DNA of 55,120 nt from an uncultured Thermotogae bacterium. Lineage in GTDB: Bacteria > Bipolaricaulota > Bipolaricaulia > M55B111. Within the stretch, counting starts at the first letter, position 1; each line of letters starts with the position of its first letter. Location of the stretch: positions 1 to 55,120 of the forward strand of contig CAZYPS010000001.1 of assembly GCA_964649445.1 (NCBI GenBank). Reading direction: 5' to 3'. Both the position numbers and the translations under genes were made by a program. Below, one piece after another: positions 1 through 9,330 of this stretch. The notes below the pieces were generated by a model. That model was not told the DNA's origin. It did not search any database and was given only the letters and a program-made list of their open reading frames with translations.

Positions 1-121
1 TCGCTTTACTTGCCTCTCAGTTAGGAAATCTTCCTGTGTCAGTTCTAAACTCATGGTTTTGGCCCTTATCTAGCCTCAGTGCTTTTTAACTACTGCCTTA
101 CTTCATTTTAACTCTTATTTA

Positions 122-208
122 CCCCCTTGACGCTTACCTGGCTGCCGGGATTTGGCATATGTTAAACCTTTTAAGGTCAAATCAGTTGCCAGGTAAGCGT
201 CAAGGGGG
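122..208 (-). repeat. Dispersed long-hairpin repeat, copy H1 (perfect 21-bp arms 122-142/188-208, 45-nt loop)
   Basis: The arms cccccttgacgcttacctggc and gccaggtaagcgtcaaggggg are exact reverse complements. The loop is 38/45 identical to the reverse complement of the H2 loop (14889-14933). The arm shares cttacctggc with the rnpB P12 arm. Strand is assigned relative to the rnpB copy (TGATTT right after the 5' arm) and is tentative. Confidence 0.8.
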
Positions 209-455
209 CTTCTGAAATAAATTAAGTCAAAGTTTAAGTATCACGTTTATGTATTACCTTTCAATTTTCTATAACTTTGAAAGACTGAATTCTAATTAGT
301 TTTACTATTTCAATTTTATCCGGCTGGCTAAAGGGGACAATTACACGCGTTTGCCCGAAAACGGACGTTCGTAATATTTTTAACATAAGATACCTTTTGT
401 TAAAAATACTCTGTAATACCCTATAATAGGGAACAAAATTTCGCCGAAAATTATA

Positions 456-1232
456 TTAGAACTGATAATCCTCGATTATCTTCTTTTCGGAGTCTTCTTC
501 CCCTACTTCCACGGTAACTTCTATGTGTTGTCTTATCCCGGAATGTTCCAGTTTAGGTTTAAATAGGTTGTCCAGCTGAAAGACACCCGCTGAGTTGGAC
601 ATCTCTATGACGATTTCTACCGGTTTTTCCTTGCCCGCCCTTATCCGGACCTGCTCTATAGAAGTTGCGGAAACTGAGTGTATAGTTAATTCCCCCTCTT
701 TAAACGGTATTCTGGCCCGTCCCTGTTCCATATCCAGGGCATCAGCGACCTTTACTGCTCCCGCTTCCACGGTGAGGGTTTCTATCTCTGTCTCGTGGGC
801 ATAGCAGGCGTGCAGAACTTCCCCCTCCATTATCCCCAGGTTGTAATCGTCGTAAATTCCTCCGAGCAAATCGACAACCAGCGAGTCGGCAAGCCCTATA
901 CCGAACTCCTCGTGATGAACTCTATGCACGGCGTGTCCGAGATCGTGAAAAGCTGCAGCAAGGACGATGACTATTTCAGCGTCTTCTGTGGTCAGATCGT
1001 GGTCGGTTTCTATGGTTGATTTCACGCCGCTCTGATTAATCAACCGGAACATCCTCAGGGCTGAATTGGCAACGATCTTGGAGTGCACAGGTCCGTGATC
1101 GTTGATGCAGAGCCGATCAATTGCATTTACGTTTGCACTAGTCCATAGACCGTTTAGCCTATCGTGGTTCTGGATTTTGTCGATAACCTTTTTGAGCTTT
1201 TCATTGTCTTTAATTGGAACCGAAAATTTCAT
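456..1232 (-). CDS. HD-domain metal-dependent phosphohydrolase
   Basis: The ORF-track protein has an HD motif (AAAFHDLGHAVH) and further His/Asp ligands. I trimmed the start to the ATG at 1232 (MKFSVPIK), which follows GGGAGTGGTGA. The longer track ORF would overlap the upstream gene. Confidence 0.75.
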   Translation of the reverse strand: MKFSVPIKDNEKLKKVIDKIQNHDRLNGLWTSANVNAIDRLCINDHGPVHSKIVANSALRMFRLINQSGVKSTIETDHDLTTEDAEIVIVLAAAFHDLGHAVHRVHHEEFGIGLADSLVVDLLGGIYDDYNLGIMEGEVLHACYAHETEIETLTVEAGAVKVADALDMEQGRARIPFKEGELTIHSVSATSIEQVRIRAGKEKPVEIVIEMSNSAGVFQLDNLFKPKLEHSGIRQHIEVTVEVGEEDSEKKIIEDYQF

Positions 1233-1251
1233 CTTTATCACCACTCCCTGG

Positions 1252-1698
1252 TTACATCCATTCCAGCCACCATTTATCGTCTTCTTCACTCGTCTCTTGG
1301 TCCTCTAAACCTTCCGCGCTATCGGAATTAGCCAGGTTCAGGAGCAGTTCGCGCTGGAACTGTAGCTCTTCCATGAGATAGTCGATGAGTTCTACGTTTG
1401 ATTTTGGTTTTGATTGGTATGATACGGAACTAGAAGAATCCGTATCAATGTTATCTTCCTTATCAGGTAAGTAATCAGATCGTATAACTTCTGCCGCTTC
1501 GGATAGGAGTAATCCGCTTTCGTACAAATCCTGTAGTTTGGTTAAAATGGTTACTCCTTCCTCTCCGACGAGAATCTCGTTGTTCTCGCCTCGCTTTACG
1601 TAGGGCTGGATTACGTTCTCCACCGCTTTGATTCTGTTACGGGTCTGATGTATAGTATCTAGTCCGAGGATGTCTTTTAATTGACGTACACTTTTCAT
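1252..1698 (-). CDS. Putative HTH DNA-binding protein (MerR/excisionase-like N-terminus, acidic C-terminal tail)
   Basis: ORF track. The ATG at 1698 (MKSVRQLKDILGL...) is preceded by GAGGTGAAGGAA. The N-terminal segment is HTH-like by eye only. It lies 20 nt upstream of the HD gene and is probably co-transcribed with it. Confidence 0.45.
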   Translation of the reverse strand: MKSVRQLKDILGLDTIHQTRNRIKAVENVIQPYVKRGENNEILVGEEGVTILTKLQDLYESGLLLSEAAEVIRSDYLPDKEDNIDTDSSSSVSYQSKPKSNVELIDYLMEELQFQRELLLNLANSDSAEGLEDQETSEEDDKWWLEWM

Positions 1699-2037
1699 TT
1701 CCTTCACCTCTGGATTATAACTGGATTTAATCATAAGTTAGTTACAACCAGAAGGCAAAAAAGTGACGGAAAAATGAGCTTTAACTACATCAAAAAAAAG
1801 ATTTGTTCTTTATCGAAAAGTTTCAGGTGGTCCATAACCCCGCTCAGAGGGACCTGGTTTGTAGAAAAATATTTGGTTTCAAGGGTTCAAATTAGAAAAG
1901 TCCCCCTAAGGTATTATAGAAGAGTATTTGAGTTCTGCTAAATTAAAGTTAAACCCCATGATTCAGGTCCCATGACTAATCAGAGTGGTTAGTCGAACTT
2001 CAATAAAAAATGAGCTTTCCGATTAATCCACTAAATT

Positions 2038-2069
2038 GAGGTTAAATCGGTTAAAGGGACCAGGTAAGT
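2038..2069 (-). repeat. Truncated half copy (H6) of the dispersed hairpin repeat
   Basis: The minus strand reads cttacctggtccctttaaccgatttaacctc. This contains the arm motif cttacctgg plus gatttaacct, which is identical to H2 (14893-14902). I found no matching 3' arm nearby. Confidence 0.5.
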
Positions 2070-2076
2070 TTTTGGC

Positions 2077-2102
2077 CAGTTCTAATTCTCAGTTCTAATT
2101 CT
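2077..2102. repeat. Perfect tandem duplication, 2 x 13 nt (cagttctaattct)
   Basis: Read directly: 2077-2089 equals 2090-2102. It lies in the 650-nt divergent intergenic region upstream of the CDC48-like gene. Confidence 0.9.
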
Positions 2103-2191
2103 GAGTTTTGGGAGTCAGGCGAAAACCAAGTCGTCTTGAGTGTTATTTAATTAAAATATATAATTTTTCAGCGTTTGGCCGGTTTTGCTTG

Positions 2192-2223
2192 ACTTGAAAA
2201 ACAAAATTACTTGAAAAACAAAA
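2192..2223. repeat. Direct repeat, 2 x 15 nt (acttgaaaaacaaaa) spaced by 2 nt
   Basis: Read directly: 2192-2206 equals 2209-2223. It lies about 125 nt upstream of the CDC48-like start codon and may be an operator or UP-like element. Confidence 0.85.
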
Positions 2224-2347
2224 ACCGAATATGGTACCGGATACGATTTAGAGATATTATTTATTGGAAGGTTAATACAGTAGTAAAAAAGAGCGATTTT
2301 ATAGCTCATAGTAAATGATTTTATAATACCCGTTACGAGGTGAAAAT

Positions 2348-4657
2348 ATGGCCGAAAGCCCGAAGAAAGAAATGGAGTTAAAGGTGGCAGGTGCCAATCA
2401 GCAGGACTTCGGTAAAGGGGTTGCGAGGGTTAGTACTGACAGCATGAAAAAGCTGGGAATATCCCGCGGTGATATCATAGAAATTGAGGGGAGCGATAAA
2501 ACTGCCGGTATAGCAGTAGAGGGATATTCTCAGGACAAGGGGCTGGATATAATACGAATTGACGGACTGATGAGGAATAACGCCGGCACGAGCATTGGGG
2601 ATCAGGTCAAGATAAGAAAGGCAGATGTAAAAGAAGCGAAAAAAGTGACCATTGGTCCGGCTTCCGATAATTTAAGACTAAGGGGAAGTGGCCAGAGCTT
2701 GAAACAGGTTTTGGGTGGTAGGCCGTTGACGAAAGGCGACGTTCTTTCTACTACGATAAGACGTTCTAAAAGCCCGTTCGGTTCGGATTTGATGTCCGAG
2801 AGTTTCTTTAAGGACTTTCTCGACTCCAGTAGCTTTGGCCTGGGGGAGATACGGCTCCAAGTACTCGGTACGAGTCCCAAGGGCATCGTAAAAGTGACCG
2901 GGAATACACAAATTGAGTTGAAGCCGGAATACGAAGAGGTCGAAGAAGGAGAAAAGTACGTTGGAGTTACCTACGAGGATATAGGCGGGCTCGACGAGAT
3001 CCTGCAAAGGATACGAGAAATGGTCGAACTACCGCTGAAAAACCCCGAATTATTCGACAGGCTGGGAATCGACCCACCCAAGGGCGTCCTCCTCCACGGA
3101 CCGCCGGGGACTGGTAAGACACTCCTGGCTAAAGCAGTTGCGAACGAAACCGACGCCCACTTCACCTCGATAAACGGTCCGGAGATAATGAGTAAATATT
3201 ACGGGGAATCGGAACAGCAGCTCAGGGAGATCTTTGAAGAAGCTTCGGATAACGCCCCGGCGATAATCTTCATAGACGAGCTCGACTCTCTCGGTGTAAA
3301 ACGGGAAGAAGCTTCGGGAGAGGTTGAACGGAGAGTCGTAGCTCAGCTCCTGGCATTGATGGATGGGTTGAAACCCCGGGAGAACGTCGTAGTAATTGCC
3401 GCGACAAACCGGGTAGATGCAGTAGACGAGGCTTTGCGAAGACCCGGCAGGTTCGACCGAGAGATCATGGTTGGGGTTCCCGATACCGAGGGAAGGAAAG
3501 AAATATTCATGATCCATACACGAGGAATGCCGCTGGCAGAGGACCTCGACCTTGACGAGTTTATTGAACTTACCTACGGGTTTACCGGGTCTGATATCGA
3601 AGCACTGGCTCGGGAATCGGCAATGAATGCGCTTAGGCGATTGTTGCCGGAATTAAATCTGGAGGAAGAGTCTATTCCGGCAGAGAAGCTGGAGAAGCTG
3701 GAAGTTACCAGGCAGGATATGTTCGAGGCCTACAAAGGTATAGAACCCAGTGCTTTGAGGGAAGTACTCGCCGACGTGCCCCAGGTGAGCTGGGAGAATG
3801 TAGGCGGGCTCGAAGAAATAAAGCAGACGATGTCCGAGATAATAGAGTTGCCGCTCAAAAATCCCGATTCGTTCCGAAGGATCGGAATTGAGCCTCCAAG
3901 AGGGGTCCTGCTTTATGGACCTCCAGGAACAGGGAAGACGCTTATGGCAAAGGCTATCGCCAACGAGAGCAACGCGAACTTTATTACGGCAAAGGGAAGT
4001 GATCTCCTCTCGAAATGGTACGGGGAATCCGAACAGAGAATAGCTGAAGTTTTTGACAAGGCAAAGCAGGTCTCTCCGGCGATCATATTCCTTGACGAGC
4101 TGGACGCTCTGGCTCCTGAAAGAGGAGGCGGAGCGGGTGAGCCGAGGGCGACGGAGCGAATAGTCAACCAGCTGTTGTCAGAAATGGATGGCCTGGAAGA
4201 GTTACAGGGGGTCGTAGTAGTAGCAGCTACCAATAGACCTGACATGGTTGATTCGGCTCTTTTACGACCGGGAAGGTTCGACGAACTGATTCACGTCCCC
4301 GTGCCTGATAAAGAGGCAAGGTTGAAGATTTACGAGGTTCACACGGATAACATGAATCTCGAACCCGGGATCAATCTCGAAAAATTAGCTGATCTCTCCG
4401 ATAACTTCACCGGCGCTGATATTGCTGCGGTCTGTAAGAAGGCAGGCAGGTTTGCGCTGCGTGAGGACGTGGACTCGCAGTTCGTTCGCATGGACCATTT
4501 TCTTGCAGCGATTGACGATACGCCGGCTTCAGTGACTTCGGACGCGAGGAAACGTTATGAGAATATCGAGAGGCGTCTCAAGGAAAAATCGGGCAACATC
4601 GGGTTCAAGCCGGAATCAGAAGAAACCGACACACCCGACATAGAGGAATCCAATTAG
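2348..4657 (+). CDS. cdc48: CDC48/p97/VAT-type AAA+ ATPase (N-domain plus two AAA modules)
   Basis: 769 aa. The N-terminal segment is CDC48-N-like ([26 protein letters not shown]). There are two Walker A motifs ([17 protein letters not shown] and [17 protein letters not shown]), two Walker B motifs (IIFIDELD and IIFLDELD) and second-region-of-homology motifs. The start is ATG behind GAGGTGA. Confidence 0.9.
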   Translation: MAESPKKEMELKVAGANQQDFGKGVARVSTDSMKKLGISRGDIIEIEGSDKTAGIAVEGYSQDKGLDIIRIDGLMRNNAGTSIGDQVKIRKADVKEAKKVTIGPASDNLRLRGSGQSLKQVLGGRPLTKGDVLSTTIRRSKSPFGSDLMSESFFKDFLDSSSFGLGEIRLQVLGTSPKGIVKVTGNTQIELKPEYEEVEEGEKYVGVTYEDIGGLDEILQRIREMVELPLKNPELFDRLGIDPPKGVLLHGPPGTGKTLLAKAVANETDAHFTSINGPEIMSKYYGESEQQLREIFEEASDNAPAIIFIDELDSLGVKREEASGEVERRVVAQLLALMDGLKPRENVVVIAATNRVDAVDEALRRPGRFDREIMVGVPDTEGRKEIFMIHTRGMPLAEDLDLDEFIELTYGFTGSDIEALARESAMNALRRLLPELNLEEESIPAEKLEKLEVTRQDMFEAYKGIEPSALREVLADVPQVSWENVGGLEEIKQTMSEIIELPLKNPDSFRRIGIEPPRGVLLYGPPGTGKTLMAKAIANESNANFITAKGSDLLSKWYGESEQRIAEVFDKAKQVSPAIIFLDELDALAPERGGGAGEPRATERIVNQLLSEMDGLEELQGVVVVAATNRPDMVDSALLRPGRFDELIHVPVPDKEARLKIYEVHTDNMNLEPGINLEKLADLSDNFTGADIAAVCKKAGRFALREDVDSQFVRMDHFLAAIDDTPASVTSDARKRYENIERRLKEKSGNIGFKPESEETDTPDIEESN

Positions 4658-4678
4658 CGGAAATCTCACCTTTCCGCT
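4656..4678 (+). terminator. Hairpin overlapping the cdc48 stop codon (weak terminator candidate)
   Basis: agcggaaa-tctcacc-tttccgct forms an 8-bp stem. The downstream tract is taaaaagtttctc, which is not a clean U-run. Confidence 0.25.
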
Positions 4679-4768
4679 TAAAAAGTTTCTCGGTCAAAAG
4701 TTTGTGATATAAAGGCTTATCCCCTATAACTGTCGAAACATCAATTTTTCTCGGAGGATGATCGTGAC

Positions 4769-6526
4769 TTGTTAAGGACTAACCGTTGTGGTGAACTGAG
4801 CGAAGAAAATCTGGGCGAGTCGATGACGCTTGCAGGCTGGGTTACGAATAGACGGGATTTGGGTGGTTTGCTCTTTATCGACCTTCGCGATAGATCCGGA
4901 ATAGTTCAGTTGTTGTTTACTCCGGAAAGAGGGGAGCTCCACGAACGGGCTGGAGACCTGAACAGGGAAGACGTGATAAAGGTAGAGGGGACAATTATCG
5001 AACGGGGCGAGAACAATATCAATCCCAGACTTGATACAGGAACGATCGAGCTGGAAGTGGAAGAGATGGAGATATTGAATTCTTCGGAAAACCTCCCGTT
5101 TTCCCCTGCGGACGGTCTGGAAGTGAACGAGAATACCAGGCTGAAATACCGCTATCTGGACCTGCGAAGGGATCAGATGAAGGACAATATCGAACTAAGA
5201 CACAGGGTTTTCAAAATAATAAGGGATTATTTCGACGAAGAAGGATTTTGGGAAGTCGAGACGCCCGTACTTACGAAAAGTACACCTGAGGGTGCCCGAG
5301 ACTTTCTCGTTCCTTCTCGGTTGCACAACGGTAAGTTCTATGCTTTGCCTCAGTCGCCTCAGCTGTTCAAACAGCTTTTCATGATAAGCGGGTTTGAGAA
5401 GTACTTTCAGATAGTTAAATGTTTTCGGGACGAGGACCTCAGAGCCGACAGGCAGCCGGAATTCACCCAGCTGGACATGGAAATGTCGTTTGTGGATGAA
5501 GAGGACGTTATTAAAATCACCGAGGGTATGGTAAAACGAGTATTTGACGAGGTACTGGACCTGAATCTTGAACTTCCTCTTCGTCAGATGACTTACGAAG
5601 CGGCGATGAACCGCTACGGATCGGATAGGCCCGACCTCAGATTCGGTCTGGAGCTGGTTGATCTCTCCAGCCAGGTGGAGGACTCGAACTTCAACATCTT
5701 CTCTGGAACGGTTGAAGATGGAGGAGTGGTAAAAGGTTTATGTCTCAGCGATCCTAAGGACTATAATAGGTCTCAGCTTGATTCCCTTGAAGATTACTCA
5801 AAAGATCTTGGAGCCAAAGGTCTTCTCTGGGCAAGAGTGAATGAGGACGGACTGGATGGGCAATTTACGTCCCACCTGACGGAGGAGACCGAAGAATCGA
5901 TATTAGTTGAACTAGAGGCGGAGCCCGGCGATCTGGTCTTTATAGTAGCTGATTCCCGGGAGATGGCGAACGAGGTGCTGGGAGGACTCCGGTTGAAGCT
6001 GGCGGAGGAAAACGACATGATTCCGGATAACCAGTGGGAATTTACCTGGGTAAGGCGGTTTCCACTATTTGGCACTGACGAAGCCGGAAACCTCACTTCG
6101 GAGCACCATCCATTTACCTCACCGAAGGACGAAGACGTGAAAAAACTCAGTGAAAATCCTCTTGAAGTTGATGCAAAAGCCTACGACCTGGTTCTAAATG
6201 GAATAGAGCTGGGCGGAGGAAGTATAAGGATTCACGACCGCGACCTTCAGCAGGATATATTTGATGTGCTGGGCATTTCACGGGAGGAAGCCCAGGAAAA
6301 GTTCGGGTTTTTCCTGGATGCCCTCAATTACGGAGCCCCGCCCCACGGAGGAATTGCGCTTGGTTTAGATAGATTAGCAATGTTGCTGGCCGGTGAGGAC
6401 AGCATTAGGGACGTAATAGCCTTCCCCAAGACCGGTATGGCTCAGTCCCCTTTAACCGGGGCCCCTATGGAGGTCTCCGAGAAACAACTTGACGAACTCG
6501 GACTTAAAGTCGACAAAGAGGACTGA
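4769..6526 (+). CDS. aspS: Aspartyl-tRNA synthetase, bacterial type
   Basis: 585 aa. The N-terminus [25 protein letters not shown] matches the canonical AspRS start. Class II motifs are present ([34 protein letters not shown]). The start is TTG, 11 nt after GGAGG. Confidence 0.95.
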   Translation: MLRTNRCGELSEENLGESMTLAGWVTNRRDLGGLLFIDLRDRSGIVQLLFTPERGELHERAGDLNREDVIKVEGTIIERGENNINPRLDTGTIELEVEEMEILNSSENLPFSPADGLEVNENTRLKYRYLDLRRDQMKDNIELRHRVFKIIRDYFDEEGFWEVETPVLTKSTPEGARDFLVPSRLHNGKFYALPQSPQLFKQLFMISGFEKYFQIVKCFRDEDLRADRQPEFTQLDMEMSFVDEEDVIKITEGMVKRVFDEVLDLNLELPLRQMTYEAAMNRYGSDRPDLRFGLELVDLSSQVEDSNFNIFSGTVEDGGVVKGLCLSDPKDYNRSQLDSLEDYSKDLGAKGLLWARVNEDGLDGQFTSHLTEETEESILVELEAEPGDLVFIVADSREMANEVLGGLRLKLAEENDMIPDNQWEFTWVRRFPLFGTDEAGNLTSEHHPFTSPKDEDVKKLSENPLEVDAKAYDLVLNGIELGGGSIRIHDRDLQQDIFDVLGISREEAQEKFGFFLDALNYGAPPHGGIALGLDRLAMLLAGEDSIRDVIAFPKTGMAQSPLTGAPMEVSEKQLDELGLKVDKED

Positions 6527-6548
6527 AGTTCAATGTTCCGGGAGTAAA

Positions 6549-7430
6549 TTAGCAGGAGTTTTTTTCGACCTGTTCCTCCATGAACTCGACAATCCTGTAG
6601 TCAAGCTTTCCGTCGTCCCGTAATTTTTCCTCGAAGTTTTCCGTGCGGCAATATTCCAGGAAAGCCTCGGTAGTTTGTTCGTCGTAGTTACCATTTATGG
6701 GTCCGGAATAGTAGCCGAGTTCACCCATGAGGTGCTGGATTTTTTTTACGACACCTTCTTTTAGCTCAACGAGGTCTTCGTCGGATGGCTGGCTGAAGTA
6801 AAGCTGGTGCAGGGATAGTAAATCCTCCAATTTCTCGATAGGCTTCGGGTTGTCGTCGACCCTCAGGTCGATTTTCCTGTCGTTAAATCCTCCGTAGCCC
6901 CCTTCTTTTTTCACTACCAACAGTGCTGCTGACTGCTTGCCTCGCTTGTCTCCACCTGCTTCGTCGGCAGCTTTCAGGGCAGCAACAAGCCTTTCTGAAA
7001 GAGGGTTGTTTTTCGTTTTCCGGAACTCCTGAGTCATGGAAGTTATGGTATATTCGGAAACGAGTATGTTGCCCTGACAGGTAAAATTTTCTTCGGAATT
7101 ATGACCGGCGTACTCGATACATTCGTCGCCGGTGAAAGCAGCCGATTTCCCGTCCGCCTCGACAATTCCTACCTGTCTTATTTCACTTTCTTCGTCGGCT
7201 TCGGTGAGTTTCTCAACTACCGATTTCGGATCCTCGCCCTCTTTGAGCAACTCCAGTCCATCGGGGCCGTAAGCGGTATTAGCAGCGGATTGGGTTGCTA
7301 CAGCACCGACTTCCGCCTCAGCCCAGGGCACCACGGCACCCGCCGCAAGAAACTTCGACTGAACCGCAATTCCCAGTTCCCCCGTTTCCGGGTCTCGAGC
7401 TACAATTGAGAAAGTGGATGGTTTTTGGAT
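6549..7430 (-). CDS. DUF1028 Ntn-hydrolase-fold protein with C-terminal peptidoglycan-binding-like domain
   Basis: The track ORF (6549-7334) starts inside the conserved domain. The same frame stays open upstream and encodes STFSIVARDPETGELGIAVQSKFLAAGAVVPWA, the hallmark DUF1028 N-terminus. No ATG, GTG or TTG lies between the in-frame TGA and this motif. An ATC at 7430-7428 sits 7 nt after GGGAGGGG, so the start coordinate is tentative. Confidence 0.75.
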   Translation of the reverse strand: MQKPSTFSIVARDPETGELGIAVQSKFLAAGAVVPWAEAEVGAVATQSAANTAYGPDGLELLKEGEDPKSVVEKLTEADEESEIRQVGIVEADGKSAAFTGDECIEYAGHNSEENFTCQGNILVSEYTITSMTQEFRKTKNNPLSERLVAALKAADEAGGDKRGKQSAALLVVKKEGGYGGFNDRKIDLRVDDNPKPIEKLEDLLSLHQLYFSQPSDEDLVELKEGVVKKIQHLMGELGYYSGPINGNYDEQTTEAFLEYCRTENFEEKLRDDGKLDYRIVEFMEEQVEKNSC

Positions 7431-7444
7431 AGTTTCCCCTCCCG

Positions 7445-8065
7445 TTAAACGTCAAATTTGCCGTTTAATTTAACTCCCAGGCTCGCTAAGTCCTTAACAA
7501 GTTCTCTGATATCCGTAAATTTAATACCATTTATTCCAAGCTGGTTTGCCTGTTTTACGTAATCTTCCTGATCGTCGATGAAAACTATTTCCTCCGGAGA
7601 ATGGTCCGCCTTCTCAATTACCTCTCTATGTCCTTCGGGAGAGTCTTTCAACTTTCCTATTCGAAAGGAAAGAGTCACGGCCGAGAAAAGGTCGAAGATA
7701 GGCATTTCCGCTATTACCCGTTCGTAAAGAATCTTTGGGGTATCGGAATATAGCTGCAAATTGTATTTATCCTTTAGTTTTCGGACCAGGTCAAACATTT
7801 CTTCTTTCGGCTCAACGCTAGCCGCGTAAACATGTGCCAGCTCGTCTTCGGTCATTTTTAGCCCGATCCGGCTTTCCAGAACCTCCAGTAGTTTCTTTGC
7901 CTCTAGTTCTCCCCGAAAATGCATTCTTTCCAGGTTATCCCCTTCTGTGAGAGCTTTAAGCTCGCTGAGTCCTCCGGTGGAGCGAGAGAGTAATTCCTCA
8001 AGTACTTTTTCTTCGTGGTACTTGTAGAGAACTCCACCGAAATCGAAAGTTATAGTCTTTATCAT
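7445..8065 (-). CDS. HAD-superfamily hydrolase (subfamily IA-like)
   Basis: Motif I is DFGGVL (ITFDFGGVLY). A later FIDD motif is also present. 206 aa. Confidence 0.75.
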   Translation of the reverse strand: MIKTITFDFGGVLYKYHEEKVLEELLSRSTGGLSELKALTEGDNLERMHFRGELEAKKLLEVLESRIGLKMTEDELAHVYAASVEPKEEMFDLVRKLKDKYNLQLYSDTPKILYERVIAEMPIFDLFSAVTLSFRIGKLKDSPEGHREVIEKADHSPEEIVFIDDQEDYVKQANQLGINGIKFTDIRELVKDLASLGVKLNGKFDV

Positions 8066-8270
8066 TTTCTTATTCTTATATCCTTACAACAAACCTTATT
8101 GTGCATTCCGGTGAATAGGATCCTTTAAGTATTTAACAGTTTAGCGAAAGGAAAAGGGTTTATCCAGTAGGGCATTCTCCGGCGGGAACCAGGATGATAT
8201 TGACCTGCATTTTTATAAAACGTACTATTACGTAACGTAACAATAACAATCATTTATCGGAGGGGAAGAT

Positions 8271-8666
8271 TTGCGGAACACGCAAGAATTCTTGAAACTC
8301 CTTTTATTGTACCTGATGGAGGACCAACCCAGCTACGGCTACGAATTAATTCAGGAGATAGAGGCTAGATCCGAGGGTTACTGGCAGCCCGGTCAGGGTA
8401 CCATTTACGGCGCTCTGGATAGGTTAGAAAAAACAGGAACCATCGAAGAAGTGGACTTTGAGGGAGAGACCGAGGAGAGTAATCGCCAGTATTACGATCT
8501 TACCCATAAAGGCAGGGAAGAGCTTGAAAGGTTAAAAAATAAGTGTGAGGAGGAAATAAATCCGATCGACCGGATTCTTGGCTTGATGTATATCTACCGG
8601 TTCCTCGCCGGAGAGGATGAATTCGGGATTTTGCTGGATGAGATCGAGGAGGAGTTTTTTGATTAA
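8271..8666 (+). CDS. PadR-family transcriptional regulator
   Basis: The winged-helix signature is SYGYELIQEIEARSEGYWQPGQGTIYGALDRLEKTGTIE. The start is TTG, 5 nt after GGAGGGG. Confidence 0.8.
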   Translation: MRNTQEFLKLLLLYLMEDQPSYGYELIQEIEARSEGYWQPGQGTIYGALDRLEKTGTIEEVDFEGETEESNRQYYDLTHKGREELERLKNKCEEEINPIDRILGLMYIYRFLAGEDEFGILLDEIEEEFFD

Positions 8667-8684
8667 TAATTATGGGAGGTCAAA

Positions 8685-9326
8685 ATGAAATTATTTTCAA
8701 ACCGTGAAAGTCCGGCTGACCCTTTGGTGGTTGTTCTGGTAGTTATTATAGGGGTTGCTCTGCTGCAGGTGAGTTCGTTCGCGGGAATATTTGGCATGGG
8801 TGAGTATCCGGGTGGCACTCTTAAGGCTGTATTTCGGATTAGCGAACCAAACAGTAACACCCCCGGAAGAAAGTATACTATAAAGGTTGAGCCTTCCGGT
8901 GATTCCTATGACATTACTGAGACGGTTTTGAGCCCTGGCCGTGTTCGAGAGGACGTTTCTACTGCATTTGGGGCAAGCGGAGGAGCTAGTGCCGGTGGTT
9001 CACAGTACGACGAAGGTGGTTCCCCGAGCATGGACCTCAGTCCTCTTTCTACGATTGACGATAGAAACATCGAGATAAAACCGGATGACAGGATTTTGTT
9101 GCCTGACGGCGGCAGGTTGGTTACCGAAAACGTAGTTACGATTGCAGGATTGGACGTTGTTATGGGGACCTTTACTCATTCGAATTACCCGGATCAGCGA
9201 GTACGGCTAGCTTTTGCCGAGAGGGAAACCAGGGACTTGCTGCTGTTTCCCGCATTTTTTGAGTTGATCGAAGACGGGGAAGTCGACTCCAAGATAGAGC
9301 TGGTGGAATTTAGCTATCAATCTTAA
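8685..9326 (+). CDS. Hypothetical membrane-anchored protein
   Basis: ORF track. There is one N-terminal hydrophobic helix (VVVLVVIIGVALLQV) and a good SD (GGGAGG). I recognise no family. Confidence 0.5.
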   Translation: MKLFSNRESPADPLVVVLVVIIGVALLQVSSFAGIFGMGEYPGGTLKAVFRISEPNSNTPGRKYTIKVEPSGDSYDITETVLSPGRVREDVSTAFGASGGASAGGSQYDEGGSPSMDLSPLSTIDDRNIEIKPDDRILLPDGGRLVTENVVTIAGLDVVMGTFTHSNYPDQRVRLAFAERETRDLLLFPAFFELIEDGEVDSKIELVEFSYQS

Positions 9327-9330
9327 GAAA

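Noticed and set aside
419-431. A perfect palindrome, CCCTAT-A-ATAGGG, 25 nt downstream of the HD gene.
   Set aside because: It is too short for an RNA hairpin because the loop is 1 nt. It occurs once and nothing links it to a regulator.
2602-4245. Antisense and off-frame track ORFs inside large conserved genes, for example 2602-2886, 2678-3007, 3050-3517 and 3913-4245. Similar ORFs occur within aspS, uvrA, uvrC, trpB2, gatA, lon and tldD.
   Set aside because: These are shadow ORFs of strongly supported CDS. They are low-complexity, Ser/Pro/Arg-rich translations without SD sites.
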